A DNA stretch of 64,000 nt from the human T2T-CHM13v2.0 reference genome, Homo sapiens: assembly GCF_009914755.1 (NCBI RefSeq), contig NC_060937.1, one strand, 5' to 3'. The notes below the pieces were generated by a model. It saw nothing but the letters and a program-made list of their open reading frames with translations, was not told where the DNA came from and did not search any database. Made by a program: the position numbers and the translations under genes. This document shows positions 1 through 14,572 of the stretch, piece after piece; position 1 is the first letter of the stretch, and each line of letters opens with the position of its first letter.

Positions 1-216
1 GAAATATATAGTACTACAGTTACACCTACCTATGTACAAAATAACATGCCAAGAATATTGCTCCTATGCAACAACAACAACAACCATTAACAAGGGGCCA
101 GTTAAATGCATTATGTTGCATTCCTACAATGGGATAAAAGTTAACTATTTAAAAGAATGGACCAACCCTCTGAGTACAATTAGGAAAAACTGCCAAGGTA
201 TATAGTTAAGGAAATG

Positions 217-885
217 CAGTTTATCCTCATTATTCACAGAGTCAGAATTCATGAATTCACCTATTCTAAATTTTATTTGTAACTAAAACTTATTTGTAAC
301 CCCAAAAGCAATATTCACAGAGCCGTTGCAGTGACTCTCTACACATACATAGAGCAATGAAAAACTTGGGATGCCCTTGCACATGTTCCTAGCTGAGGTC
401 AAGGAAGGTGACTGACTTCTTATTTCAGTGCTCATGCTGTAGCCAAATTTCCTTTTCAGGGTCAATTTAGTGCCACATTTTTTCATCTTTATGCTTTTCA
501 TTGGTGATTTTGATTTCCACTTTACAATGGCCCCCAAGTGCAATGCTGAAATGCTGGTTAGTATTACTAAGCACAAGAAGGCTTGTGAAGTACCTTAAAG
601 AAAGAATATGTGCATTAGATAAGCTTCATTCAGGCATGAATTATAGTGTCATTGGCAGTGAATTCAGTGTTAATAAATCAATAATATTTGTTAAGTAAGG
701 TGTCTTTAAACAGGAAGATACACAAAACGAGGTGGTATATTGACCGGTGATGAAAGGGTGACTAAATGCTCATAGGAACCTAACTTTGTATTTCCTCTAG
801 GAGCAATGGTTCATTATTTGCTAATTCAGTATTAGTTGTAACTTTACTACAGAACATAACTACGACAAATAATAAAAATTGCCTG
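217..885 (+). mobile_element. MER82-like TcMar-Tigger non-autonomous DNA transposon
   Basis: Degenerate TIRs cagtttatcctcattattc ... aataataaaaattgcctg. Internal aatggcccccaagtgcaatgctgaaatgctg...gataagcttcattcaggcatgaattatagtg matches recalled Tigger/MER82 consensus. Confidence 0.8.
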
Positions 886-2661
886 TGTTTAGGTACAGAA
901 CGATGTGTGTGATATGCTATTCTTATGTCCAAGGGAAATAAACAAAAACATATATATATATATAAAATTTTCTAAAATACATACATTTGTAAAGGTGAAG
1001 AAGTGGTTATATTGGCAGTCTCTGTAGAAAGCAACTGGGTGGTTGGCTTTTGTATTTTGAGAAATTTTATAATAACACATGCATTACTGAATCAAAAACT
1101 AAATAATACATAATTTTATAAAAGAACAAGAGGTTTTATTTTCCATGTATACAGTGTTTTGGAAAGTGGCTCCTGACTTGTGGTCAGTACCAAAATAGAT
1201 TACTTGAAGAGGGGTGTAATTACCAACTTATATATTTATTGTATGCAGGGGAACAACTTCTGCCTCAGATGTGCTGTCATCCTTGGTGTTGTCCTATTTC
1301 AGCCCTGAAGTGGATCCCCAGTTGCATACCAAGCTTCTTTTTGTCAAAAGAGAAGCAAATGTACACCCTTCCAAAACTTTTGGGGGGAAAATAGGGCAGA
1401 AAAGGAGATCAGAATTTGCTTTTTAATCAATAACTTGAGGCTCTTTATTAACCTAGTTTCACAAAAGAATATTTGTAAGTATTACTAATATGAGCACTTC
1501 CACTGAAAATAATCTCAGCTGTCTTCACAGGAATTTAAATTATGCCAAAACCTTGCTCAAGAAAAAAGAAAGCATGCTTGGCAATGCCACACTTATTTTC
1601 TCAGATATCTCTTTTGTTTAATGTAATCAGAAACCAGAGAAAAGAAGAGGTGGCCTAAAAATGAAAAGAAATATTTGATAGAAATTTGAATTCTCTAAAT
1701 TTGTTTCCAAAAATATAAGTCAGGAATCTGGGGGCATGCCAACAGCATATATAAATATGGAATGAGATCTATGGTGATATTTATCTTTTTCCTAGCATTT
1801 TTAGGATATACTGAAATCAGATAATTTGAACAAAGGGGAGATTGATTGCAGATTATTGTAGGCAATTATAGCAAGGAGGCAGAGGGAATGGGCAGTACTT
1901 TCAGAGAGCCTTGAGAACAGTGGCACCAAGGTCTGTGGAATAATTAATGCATTACTTGTAATTAAAACATTATTTGTAATGCTGCTACAAATCTGTTCTT
2001 GTAGCATCATGAATGTACAAGCATATCTCATTGTGAAAATCAAAGAGGATGCTTTTCCAAGTTCAGTTTATCATGCAACCTTGCCCCGTCTGAAACAGCT
2101 AATGTCAAAACATTCCTGCCAATAAGAAGGAACTGAAAAGAGAAAGGGAAAACATGAAAAAGATATTTTTCTACTGGTAATATCTAAATTGAATGACATT
2201 AAATTTAGCAAGGGCTTTCTTGGAATAAATAGAGATACAAATCGATTAAACATAAAGAGACTCTTCAAAATAGAACCTTTCTAAGTGGTGCAGGTTGGGA
2301 ATAGTGCCTGCCTCCTGTTTGAAAGCTTGTCGCTTGATCTTCTCAACTACACACATTGAACAGAGTGTAATAAATCCATGTTTATTTGAAACATTTTTAA
2401 TAAGACTGTTGCATCACCACACAGCTTCCCCTCATCATCACTACCACCGCCACCCCACCCACCCCACACACATAGGCAAACTTTTTTTGTTAATTGTACT
2501 TTGCTCTTCAATTCCTAGTTCATTACTTTGACTTCCGTTTTGTTCTTGGCTTGTTTGTGGTTTGTTTACTGCTTTTTGTTTTGGGGGAACTATCTGGGCT
2601 GGTTAAAAAAAATGTGTTTTAGTGTCAGACATGACAAAAACCTGCTGCAACATTTATCAGC

Positions 2662-3150
2662 TGTGTTATTTTCTTATTGCTCCTATAAGAAATTACCACA
2701 AACTTTGTGATTTGAACCAACATGAATATCTATCTAGAGCGCTGGAAATCAGAAATGCAAAATGGTTTTCACTGGGCTAAAATCAGAGTCTCAAAGGACT
2801 GCATTTTTTTCTGGATGCTCCAGGAAAGAATCTTCCTTTGCCTTTTTCACTTTCTCAAGGCCACCTGCATTCCTTGGTTCATGTCCTCTTCTTCCATCTT
2901 CAAAGCCAGCAGTGTAGCATCTTCATATCACTCTCACTCCAAGCCTGCCCCCTCCCTTTTTCACTTATGAGGATCCCTTTAATTTTATTGAGCCCACCCA
3001 GATAACTAAGGACAATAATGCTACCTCAAGACCCTTACTTTAATCACATCTGCAAAATCTCTCTTGACATGTAAGGTAACCTATTCATAGTTCCAAGAGA
3101 TTAGGACATTTTTGTTGCATCTGGGGGGAGTCAGTACTATGCCTACCACT
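2662..3150 (-). mobile_element. MLT1 (MLT1C/D-like) MaLR solo LTR
   Basis: Motifs attaccacaaact, gggctaaaatc, tcttccatcttcaaagccagca and ttaatcacatctgcaaa, all typical of antisense MLT1. Confidence 0.75.
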
Positions 3151-4772
3151 CTATGTGTCACTGGACAAAGTATTTGTCCCCTTAGGGTAATTCCCTCATT
3201 TTCCAATTTAAGGTAATAATATTTATTTTATTTGGTTAAGGTCTTGATTTGGGGGGAATTAAAGAACATCTAGTTTCAACTTTTCCATATTTTTAATACG
3301 GGTTGGCCAAAGAATCCTCTAAGGAAGCAATTTTGAAATTTAAATTTATTTTGAAAATCTTTTCATACCAATTAAACTTAAAGACCATTAAACCTCTGGA
3401 ATTTTATCTGTTTTGCCATGATATTTCACAAATGAAGAATTACGTTTATATCAAAGGTCATTCCCAAGTGACACCTGTAATCCTACATGACAGGTGAAAT
3501 TGTGTCATTTAGAAAGATAGTCACATGGCTTATCCGAGAGTAGGCATAGACTCAGGTTTACATTAAGACAATTTCAAGAGCTCCGCCATAATCAGAAAGA
3601 AATGGTCAGGTGCAACTTTATGTCTCCAGAATTGAGCCAAGAGTCTAATCATTGCTGATGAAGGATCTCCAGACTCCAGGAAGATGGGTCTAAACAAAGT
3701 AGTTCTCAGGGATGCAAAGATAAGACTGAGAAAAGTTAAATTATATCCACATAAAGTGACCCACGGAAAAGTTTGCAAGGGGTGTCTAACCAGACCTCCT
3801 TGACTTGTTTCAAGATGGACTTATCAAGCCTACACCTACTCTCTCCCTATACACACTCTTAGAAATTTAAGACATACAGAGGCAAGAAAGGACTAAGACA
3901 AGCAAAACAGTGGTTTATTACTCATAAGGCATTTCCATCCGAGACAAGAGTTCATAATTCTGACTCATTATCAAAATATTCCTAAGAGGGAATCCATTCC
4001 CTAGGACAAATATATACCTACCATTTTTGGTTCAATGAAAAATAATCAGCATTCGGCCTAATTCAAAACCTGCCCCACCATTCTAGTCAGGGGAACCTCA
4101 AGAGCATCGAAGGAGCATGCTCTCTTACCAGGAAGGATCTGAGGCTAGGGGACTGAGAGGCCAATCAGTTGAATCCTGGTGAATCGCCAGATAGTTGAAA
4201 TGTTCAAAATATGATTAGTCAATCTATTGATAAAACAGAAACAAAGGTTAAACTCACTGCAGTAAACAAGAAAGAACACGATCTTGATGAAGTTTTAGTG
4301 TATCAGAAAGGGAAGTTAATAAGTGGGAAGTTTTCAGGGTTTGGGCTATGACTTCAATTAGTGTAGAGCAGACTTTTTAAGGAAGATAACTGATTGGGAT
4401 TGGATGAAGTTCAAGACATAATTGTTTAGGACTGATGGATACAGTAAGGCAAGGGTCTTGAAGTAAGTCTTGAGAAGTAAACTTTTGTTTGATAAGGAAT
4501 TTGTTTGCACAGATGAACAGAATCTCATTATCTCAGACAAACTGACTTACAAGAATCTCCTGAAGCAAATAGTGAAGCTATTTATTGATTTACAGTCTTT
4601 TATCTATTCTAGGATGGAACAAATAATTAAGTTATGTTGACACAAAGGCTCTCAGTTCCTAGTCCTAACAGTTTTGTCACATTAATGCAGGTGTTCATAG
4701 TTCTCAGGAATGTGGACACCCTGCTGTAGACAACTTTTCCCACCCCTCTCTTCTCATTCTTATGTAAGTGCG

Positions 4773-5133
4773 TGATATGGTCTGGCTGTGTACCCACCCA
4801 AATCTCATCTTGAATTGTAGCTCCCATAATTCCCACGTGTTGTGACAGGGACCTGATGGGAAATAATTAAATCATGGGGGCAGTTTCCTCCATACAATTC
4901 TCATGGTAGTGAATAAGTCTCATCAGATCTGAAGGTTTTATAAGGGGTTTCCCTTTTGCTTGGCTCTGATTCTCTTTTGCCTGCCGCCATGTAAGATGTG
5001 CCTTTTGCCTTCTGCCATGATTGTGAGGCCTCTCCAGCCACATGAAACTGACAGTCCATTAAACCTCTTTTTCTTTATAAATTACCAAGTCTCAGGTATG
5101 TCTTTATCAGCAGCATGAAAACAGACTAATAGA
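4773..5133 (+). mobile_element. THE1 MaLR solo LTR
   Basis: Starts tgatatggtctggctgtgtacccacccaaatctcatcttgaattgtagctccc and ends tctttatcagcagcatgaaaacagactaataga. Imperfect 5-bp TSD gtgcg/gtggg. Confidence 0.92.
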
Positions 5134-5759
5134 GTGGGGCTATATATTATATCTTGGGTTTGGACAAGGGGATAAGAGTGGAAGTGATAAATGCAACTTT
5201 AGAGTTGTAATCTTAGGGAGAAAGGAATGCATCCCCTCTGTTCTCTTTCTTCTTCCCTACTGCTTGAGATGTGATAGAAAGATTGGAAACAGTCATCCTA
5301 ACTGCAGGAAGGAAACGTAATGTTAAGGTTGACAGAGGAACAAAATAATAGAACTCTTGGTCCTCATCATTCCTTATCATCTCAGATCTTTACCACTTAC
5401 ATTCAATGTTACAAAGAAGTAAACATCTATCTTTTTTAAACCTCTGTTATCTTTGAATGTTTCACAGCAGTTTAACCAGTATTCTAACTAAAACTGCATC
5501 TCAAATTAGTACATCCATCTATCTGGCAAATTGGTTTTCCCATCACAGTCAACCCATCAGCACATCCTACCAGCAATTCTTAAAAGCTCAATGCAAATCC
5601 ACCCACTTCACTCTACCTCCTGAAAACTACTCTAATTCAAGCCAACACCATCTCTTGCCTGGAGTACTGCAGTAGGCTCCCTGTCATCCCTTGCTTCCTA
5701 CTTTCAGACTCTCTAGAAACCATGCTCCACTTAACCATACTACGGTCATTTTAACCCAC

Positions 5760-6208
5760 GTATTAGGCAGGGTTCTCTAGAGGGACAGAATTAATAGGAT
5801 AGATGTATATATAAAGGAGAGTTTATTAAGGAATATTAACTCACAGGATCACAAGGTGAGGTCCCACAATAGTCCATCTGCAAGCTGAGGAGCAAGGAAG
5901 CCAGTGTGAGTCCCAAACTGAAGAACTTGGAGTTTGATGTTCAAGGGCAGGAAGCATCCAGCACAGGAGAAAGATGTAGGCTCAGAGGTTAAGCCAGTCT
6001 AATCTCTCCACGTTCTTCGGCCTGCTTTTATTCTGCCTATGCTGGCAGCTGATTAGTTTGTGCCCACCCAGATTGAGGATGGTCTGTCTTTCCCAGTCCA
6101 CTGACTGAAATGTTAACCTCCTTTGGCAACACCCTCACAGACACACCCAGGAACAATACTTTCCATCCTTCAATCTAATCAAGTTGACACTCATCATTAA
6201 CCATCACA
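5760..6208 (-). mobile_element. MLT2A (ERVL) solo LTR
   Basis: gtattaggcagggttctctagagggacagaattaataggatag ... aatcaagttgacactcatcattaaccatcaca. Confidence 0.88.
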
Positions 6209-6288
6209 ACATACAAAACAGATTATGCCATTCCTCAGTGGAAACCTTTCCTTTATACCTAAAGTAAAATCCAAATCCTTTCCCATGG

Positions 6289-6720
6289 TGCTATGGTTTG
6301 AATATTTGTCCCCTCCAAAATGTGTGTTGAAATTTAAGCCCCAATGTGGCAGTGTTGAGAGATGGAGTCTTGAAGAAATGATTGGGTCATGAGAGCTCTG
6401 CCCTCATGAAGAGATAAATCTATTCATGAATTAATAGGTTAATGGGGTTATCATAGGAGTGGGGCTGGGTGGCTTCATGACAAGAGGGAGAGAGGCCTGA
6501 GTTAGCATGCCCAGCACCCTCACCACATGATGCACTACACTGTCTCAGGATGGTGCAGAGACCCCCACCGACAAGAAGGCCCTCCTATAGATGTACCCCT
6601 CAACCTATAAGGTATAGGCCCCTCAACCTATAAGGTATATGTAAAGAATAAATTCCTTTTCTTCATAAATCGCCCAAAGTCAGGTATTTTATTACAAGCA
6701 GCAGAAAACAGACTAAGACA
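6289..6720 (+). mobile_element. MST (MSTC/D-like) MaLR solo LTR
   Basis: tgctatggtttgaat...cagactaagaca, with perfect 5-bp TSD catgg at 6284-6288 and 6721-6725. Confidence 0.88.
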
Positions 6721-7334
6721 CATGGTACACAAGCCACTGTATGACTTAACCCTTGCCTTCCTCCTCAGCATCAATGCTTATACTTCTTCACTCATTATGC
6801 TCCAGCCACACTGGCCATCTTTGAATTCCTTGATAATCTAAAGATACTCCCACTTCAGTTAGCTTTCTGCATCTGCTCGTTCTCCTTCCTAGACTGTGCC
6901 TTCCTCTGGTCTTCATTGTCTCTCTTCTCATCATTCAGGTCTCACCTCCGATGTGACTTTGCATTGAAGCCTTCCCTGACCACATAATATAATTTTATTT
7001 CCTTCCTGTTTCCCCTCCTCTGTCACTCTCTATCACAACACCTGTATTGCTTTCTTCACAGCACAGCCCTTTTTGAAATGATCTTACACCATTTTTATTT
7101 GTTTGTTGTCTGACTTTCCCACTGAAATTAAGCTCTATGAGAGCAGGAACCTGTTCCTGCCCATCACTACCTTCTCAATGCCCAGCACAGTGCCTGGGAC
7201 ATAATAAACACTTTAAACTATGCATTGAGTGAATAAATGACATGGGAATGTGTGTGCTGACTGCTTTGTATAGTGTCTAGCATAGAACTGCAGTTAACTA
7301 AATCATAGGAAATACTGTTTTCATTGTTGATGCC

Positions 7335-7500
7335 TCTTCACTGTGTCCTCACATGGTGGAGAGAGGGAGCCTTGATGTCTATTTGTCTTCTTATAAAGGC
7401 AATAACCCCTTCATGTGAACTCTGCCCACAAGACCCCATCTAAAGGCCTCAATTCCTACTACCATCATATTGAAGGTTAAGTCTTCAACCTATGAATTTT
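7335..7500 (-). mobile_element. MLT1 LTR fragment
   Basis: ctgtgtcctcacatggtggagagag...tcttcttataaaggc...tcaacctatgaatttt. Confidence 0.6.
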
Positions 7501-7911
7501 GTGAGAGTAGGACAAACAAAACTCCACAAAAATAGCCTTTCCAAAAAGTGGAGAGAGAAACAAGTATGCATGCAAATGTATAACCCCATTTAAAACAGGA
7601 TAACTTTGCAAAATATAAAATGGAATAAGACATCTTACTTCATATCATTCACTCAAAATTATGTAAATAAATTCTGCTTAAGTAATACGGTATTCAGATT
7701 AATACCTGGAATAAATGAATCTTTCCTCAAAGATTCAAAAACAAGTATGAAGCAACTGCTGGTACCATAAAATTAATGAATAAAAATAGTACTCCTTAGA
7801 TCATATTTTCATTGAATTATCATAAAATTAGAGTTAATATTTTTGTAAAGATTGATCACATTTTGTAAAGATGTCATAAATTAGTGTGAGGTTAAAATTG
7901 TATATTTTTAA

Positions 7912-8230
<319 letters not shown>

Positions 8231-8685
8231 TAAAAATCCTATTTTTTAAAACTTAACATTTTGTCAAAGGATCGGGATTACAATTAAATAGAACCTTAAA
8301 AGTTAAAACTTTCCAAACCTCTGGCATGTACTGTCAAAAATCCTCCAGGATACCCTGGAAGAAACAAATGCCTAAGTAGAGCGAAATGCACATTTTCTCA
8401 CTGCCATATAAAATAGACAGATGCTTTCTTCTTGAGGAAAAGGGTTTTTTTTTGTTTTTTTGGTGGGAGGGGGAGGAATGTTTGCTCTCCTACCTAAATA
8501 TCATTACTTGTGCAATAACAATTGTTTTCTGGTAGAATCTTTAATCTTTTTTGCCTCAAATAGTATATAAAATTATGCATCTGGGCCAGGCGTGGTGGCT
8601 TATACCTGTAATCCCAGCACGTTGGGAGGCTGAGGCTGGAGGGACGCTTGAGTCCAGGAGTTCCAGTCCAGCCTGGGCAAGATGG

Positions 8686-9429
<744 letters not shown>

Positions 9430-9839
9430 GATGGCAAGACCCACTCGCTAAAAAAAAAAAAAAAAAATTAGCCAGGCATGCTAACACACACCTGTAGTCC
9501 CAGGGAGGCTGAGATGGGAGGACTCCTAGAGCCCAGGAGTTTGAGGCTGCACTGAGCTATGATTGCACCACTGTACTCCTGCCTGGGTGATGAAACAAGA
9601 CCCCATCTCTAAAAAACAAATTTTAAACAAACAAATAAATGTTATGCTTCCGTAGAACACTATATTTACTAAAGTTCACTTCATTTTTAAAAGATTTACT
9701 GTTAAGAAGAATAAAATATTATATAATTTTCCACTACTACAAAATTTAAAGACGTTCATGAGAGAAAGAAAACATAGCCTGCACAATTGTCTCTATTGTT
9801 TATCTTACATAACAATCATGGGTTGTCCTACCTGTTGAT

Positions 9840-9970
9840 ATTTTTTCTTTTTCAGAGGCAGTGTCTCGATTTGGTTTCCAGGCTGGCCTTGAACTCCTGA
9901 ACTCAAGTAATCCTTCTATCTCAGCCTCCCAAAGTGCTGGGATTACAGGCATTAGCCACTGTGTCTGGCC
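9840..9970 (-). mobile_element. Alu left monomer / FLAM
   Basis: gaactcctgaactcaagtaatcc...cctcccaaagtgctgggattacaggc; single monomer only. Confidence 0.85.
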
Positions 9971-10085
9971 TGGCCAGTGATTTATTTTTTTAGGTATGAA
10001 TATCTACATTGGCCATCCAATTGTTTCTATGTATAGTTACTTTATTTTCCTGTGCAATTTATAAACATGATTTGTAGTAAATGCC

Positions 10086-10200
10086 AAGGAGACATAGAGA
10101 TGAAGAAACTTGCCCAAAGTTAAAACAGCTAAATGGTGAGAGCCGGGAATGAGTCTAAGCACAGCCTGCACGCTCAGCCATTCACTCGATCACCTCCCAG
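10086..10200 (+). mobile_element. MIR SINE fragment
   Basis: MIR core gaaacttgcccaaagttaaaacagctaaatggtgagagccggga. Confidence 0.65.
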
Positions 10201-11698
10201 TAGTCATGGTTTCATCAGGAGAAAGAATAAAATATTAGGAAATGGAAAAAAAGGGAAATGGAATTACAGAAAATGTAAAGTAGATGAGGAAGATGAGGAC
10301 TGTCATTGCTACAAAGATTTAACCCTCTAATGTTAAATTTGATGATGAAAGAAAAGCCGATCGAGTAACAAATACCATATTCTCTATCATAAAATGCAGC
10401 TATAATCAAGGAAGCTACTTAAAGGTCAAAACTTATGCCTTATAACAGCTATTTTTCTTAATACAATGTGAGAGATAAAAATAAATAAACCAGGGGTCTT
10501 GGCTTCAGGGAGCACGAAATCTAGCAAAGAAGGCAAAAAACAAGTAAATAAAAATGGAACTGTAATTTTAAAAATCAAGCAAGCAAGATAATAGGCAAGA
10601 TAACTAGGTAAAAATGAGAGTATTCATTTGTGTAAACATATTACTTATTATGATGAGAAATATATTTGTATTATAAATTATATAAAATATAATTATAAAT
10701 TAGTGATTTAATTGATAACATAATTATTAATTACACTACATATTAATATATACTGTACTAATATATTATTATATGATAAGAATAAAAGAATCCTTTCTAT
10801 TCTACTAAAATGAAACAAATCATTTTCCTTAAGATATAAAAAATAATTTAAATACATTTAATGAAATTTTTAGCACATCATAAATAATGATTTAGTATTT
10901 AAACTTTACTGTTTCAGAATTCTATTGTATTAGACAAAGCCAAATAATTAGGCCAAAATTATTACATGGTTAGAGATTTATTTGTCATGCTATTTTGTAA
11001 ATCCCCAAAAGCATTGCATTGTTTATATATTTACATATTTTTGTAGGATACTGAATATACTGTGTTCTCTATGTATAAACATATTCTGCCACTCATGCAA
11101 GAATACGAGATTCTCACACTGGTGAAAATATGTTTTGTGTTGTTGTTTTCTTTTATCTTCCCATTATAATGGGAATTATAGTAGTCCTTTGCAGAGCTGG
11201 AATAACACAATTTCTCACATTTTTGGTTTTCTTCAAAAGACAGATGCTATATAACTCAGTACAGATAAGACATTAGCATTAAATGAAACTGCTATATTTG
11301 TTCTCTTTGCTTTTTCTATTAATAATTGTGCCACTGCGTTTTTCCCTGACTAGAATTTGTAAGATTTAGTGGGAGTTTTTCTATGTCATATAAAATATAA
11401 CCATAACCTTTAGAGTCTAATTTCTCCTTCAACTAATAGTCTTTAGAGTGGGTCGTTCAAGATTTTCCTCCTTAGCTCTTATACTCCTATTTAAATCATT
11501 ATTTAATGTCTTTTAGAGTCCTTTATCTGATCGTCATTTTTCAAAAACCTTAAGTATGACAGCCTCCTGAAATACCCACTAAAAAGCCATATAGTTAATT
11601 TCTGCACAGGGACTGGACAGAAGATTATTCTACTATAAATTGTCAGTCTCATCTTACTAGGCTTGTAAGGAGCACACACAATGACAACATTCACTTAC

Positions 11699-11755
11699 CA
11701 AGTCCACATTTATTGTAATTCCCTGCTTAACATTATTCAGAAAGCTGCGACTCTC
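11699..11755 (-). other. Candidate 57-nt internal exon (ESRSFLNNVKQGITINVDL)
   Basis: Minus strand reads ...gctgac...ctgtcttttgacag|GAGAGT...GACTTG|gtaagt. Only frame 0 is open. Lies in non-repetitive sequence. Confidence 0.35.
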
Positions 11756-12952
11756 CTGTCAAAAGACAGTAGTGTCAAATGAAGTCAGCACATTTGGGGA
11801 ATTTAGCGCAAAGTCAGATCTGGTTTAATAGGCATCTCTTTGTACTTAGGAACATAATCCCAGATGTGTTAATCCGAAAAGCAGTAGAATGGGGGTTATG
11901 GAGATTCATCTATCTACCAGTGAACATGTGGTAGACACATGAATGTAATAAATCTTATGATTGTGCAATAAATTCATGCCTCAGAAAAATTATTTAAGGA
12001 CAGCAATTTACTGAGCACTAGTCACGTAGCAAGCATTTATTAAGAACCTATTGCAGTCTTCATCCACAAATAAGGCGAAGGTAGTATTTGTAGCACATAT
12101 TACTTGGAGGTCGATCTTCTTTTGTTCATACATAGGGCTCTTGTTCTGAGGAATAAAAAAGATCCATTTGGGTGTCCTACTGCATTTAGTTTACGTGGAG
12201 AAACTTTGAGATGTTAAATTATTTAAGGTAATATTGGTAGAAAAGTGAAAGGAGAGAACTCAATAGTTTCACTCCTATCCTACCTTGAGCCAGACTCCAT
12301 TTCAGAATTTTGTATGAATATCTACTGATTTAAGCAATTACATGATGTACATGAATCTGGAAAAGATGGTTCTCTAAAATTAAGACTGGTCAAGTTAAAG
12401 TTATTTAAGCAGACATGACTGATTTGTGTGTATTATAAGTTAGGAACATTTTGTTATTAGAAATGGGAAAGTTTAAAAAACAAACTCCATATAGGATTCT
12501 GTTTACAGTTTTTAAAAATCAGGATAAAGTTTAAACATATTCTTGCCATTAACACCCTACTTCAAAAATTAAACCTGTTTACATCTACCCTAAAAAGAAA
12601 AATAAGAAATTAGTCACAGTGTAGTTACTTGATACATAATAATTTTCCAGACCTCATGTCAATTTTGGAAAGAGGTGAGGAGAAAAACTTAAAATAAACT
12701 TTTTTGTTTGTTTCTTGGTTCTATTAGCCATCTGAAAACTAATACTAGAAAGTCCAATAAAGATATTCTGAAACAAATATAAAATTTTTTACTTTAAATT
12801 ATTGAATAGCAGAAGTTAGTATGTTGGTAGAAATAGGAAAAATTATTTCATCCATAAAAACAATAAGAAAGCTGGCAAACATGATCAGAATCAATATTTT
12901 AAGAACTCTGAAAATTAACTAATGTTAAAATGTCTGTGGCATTTTAACTTAT

Positions 12953-13315
12953 TGTATTGGTCCATTTTCACACTGATATAAAGAATTACCTGAGAGTGGG
13001 CAACTTATAAAGAAAAGACTTTTAATTGACTCACATTTCTGCATGGCTGGAGAGGCCTCAGGGAACTTACAATCGTGGTGGGAGGCAAAGGGAAAGCAAG
13101 GCATGTCTTACATGACAGCAGGAGAGAGAGCATGAGAAGGAAGCCACACACTTTCAAACCATAAGATGTTGTGAGAACTCACTCACTATCTTGAGAACAG
13201 CATGAGGAAAACTGCCCCCATGATCCAATTACCTCCCACAAGATCCTTTCCTCAACACTTGGGGATTAAAATTCAAGATGAGATTTGGGTGGGGACCCAG
13301 AGCCAAACCACATCA
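12953..13315 (-). mobile_element. THE1/MST MaLR solo LTR
   Basis: tgtattggtccattttcacactg...gagatttgggtggggacccagagccaaaccacatca. Confidence 0.9.
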
Positions 13316-14394
13316 CCTACCTTAGTCCCATTCCCAGCTGTCTAGCTCCATCGTAACCTTGAAAACCAACAGCTCATATTATGTTGAAACTCTGGAAGCC
13401 ACTAAAGGGAAAAAAAATGCGGTTGTACCTTCTTCAAAGCTTCAAAGCTTCAAATGCCAGCTCCCAGAGAATTGGAATTATTTGACCCGTTATGTGGTTT
13501 CCTGGAAGATTGGGCTTGTAATCTCCCTTCATTTGACCTGAATCAGCACTCATCCAGTTAAAAAAAAAAAAAAAAAAAAAGCCTTTTCTCTGGAGGATTT
13601 TGTTAAAAACTAAATATAGGCAATTGTTTAACTTTTTGGCTACCTGACGAGGTTGTTCACAGCTGGAGTAAACAATAGACTAACTGAAAGCTTAAGAAGA
13701 AAAGTTACTGAATAAGATATATACTGGATCTTTGAAAAGTGTCAAAATATTATTGGGAATATAGAAAGTCATTGCATACATAAGATGGCGCACGTGTTCA
13801 AGAAAGATCTGAGAAGAGCCTACATGCTCTCTTACTTGTATCTGACCTTGAGGCTCTTCACTAGTAGGACAGGAAGGCTACAGTGGTGGTGTCAACTGCT
13901 GGCCAAGTGTTGAAGCCAGTCCCAACATGCACACAGTCTCTTAGCAAAGGCTGAGAGACCGATTGGTTCTGGATGTATAAGGAATGCTTTCTCTAATCAT
14001 TAGTTGACAACTAAGTTAACTGACCGGAGACTGCAGTGGCCATACATGACAAAGAATACAGATTGTACACAATTATTTCAGAAAGCCACTAAAAACAAAA
14101 ATGGTAACTACAACCAGCAGCAAAAATATCAAACACTGTGTGGGGAGAGGATCTGATTTAAAGAATTGCCCCATTGTATTATTTAAAATGTTCTCTTTTC
14201 AACATAACATTATAAGACATACAAAGAAACAAAAAAAATATGGCCTATACACAGAAAAGAAGACAATCAAAAGAAGCTGTCCCTGAGGAAGCCCAATCCT
14301 TAGAATTTACTGATGAAGTTTAAGTCAGCTATTTTAAATATGTTCAAAAGACTAAATGAAACTATATCTAAAAATCAAAAATTAAGGATAATGA

Positions 14395-14570
14395 GGCCAG
14401 ATGTGGTAGCCTAACATCTGTAATTTCAGCAATTTGGGAGGCTAAGCTGGGAGGAAACCTGAGTCCAGGACTCTCAGTCAAGTCTGGGCAACATAGCAAG
14501 ACTCATAATAATAAACCTCGCTAAAATTTAAAAAAAAAATGTTAACACAAAAATTTTTTTAAATTTATCT
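14395..14570 (+). mobile_element. Diverged Alu left monomer
   Basis: ggccagatgtggtagc...tgtaatttcagcaatttgggaggctaag...ctgggcaacatagcaagac. Confidence 0.75.
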
Positions 14571-14572
14571 AG

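Larger units (their letters stand above)
5540..7240 (+). mobile_element. L2 LINE 3' fragment interrupted by two LTRs
   Basis: L2 motifs aaatccaaatcctt, ctccagccacactggcc and gaagccttccctgacc. 3' end is cccagcacagtgcctgggacataataaacac...tgagtgaataaatga. Confidence 0.75.

Noticed and set aside
501-698. Transposase-like ORF
   Set aside because: Decayed fragment inside a non-autonomous MER82-like element, with no catalytic domain.
4200-4770. Possible old LTR around the THE1 insertion
   Set aside because: I could not define termini or a family with confidence.
6596-6640. ~22-bp tandem duplication cccctcaacctataaggtata; similar short ones at ~13432, ~38551 and ~40334
   Set aside because: Ordinary slippage duplications with no further structure.
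10620-10900. Extremely AT-rich tract
   Set aside because: Low-complexity sequence with no definable repeat unit or function.
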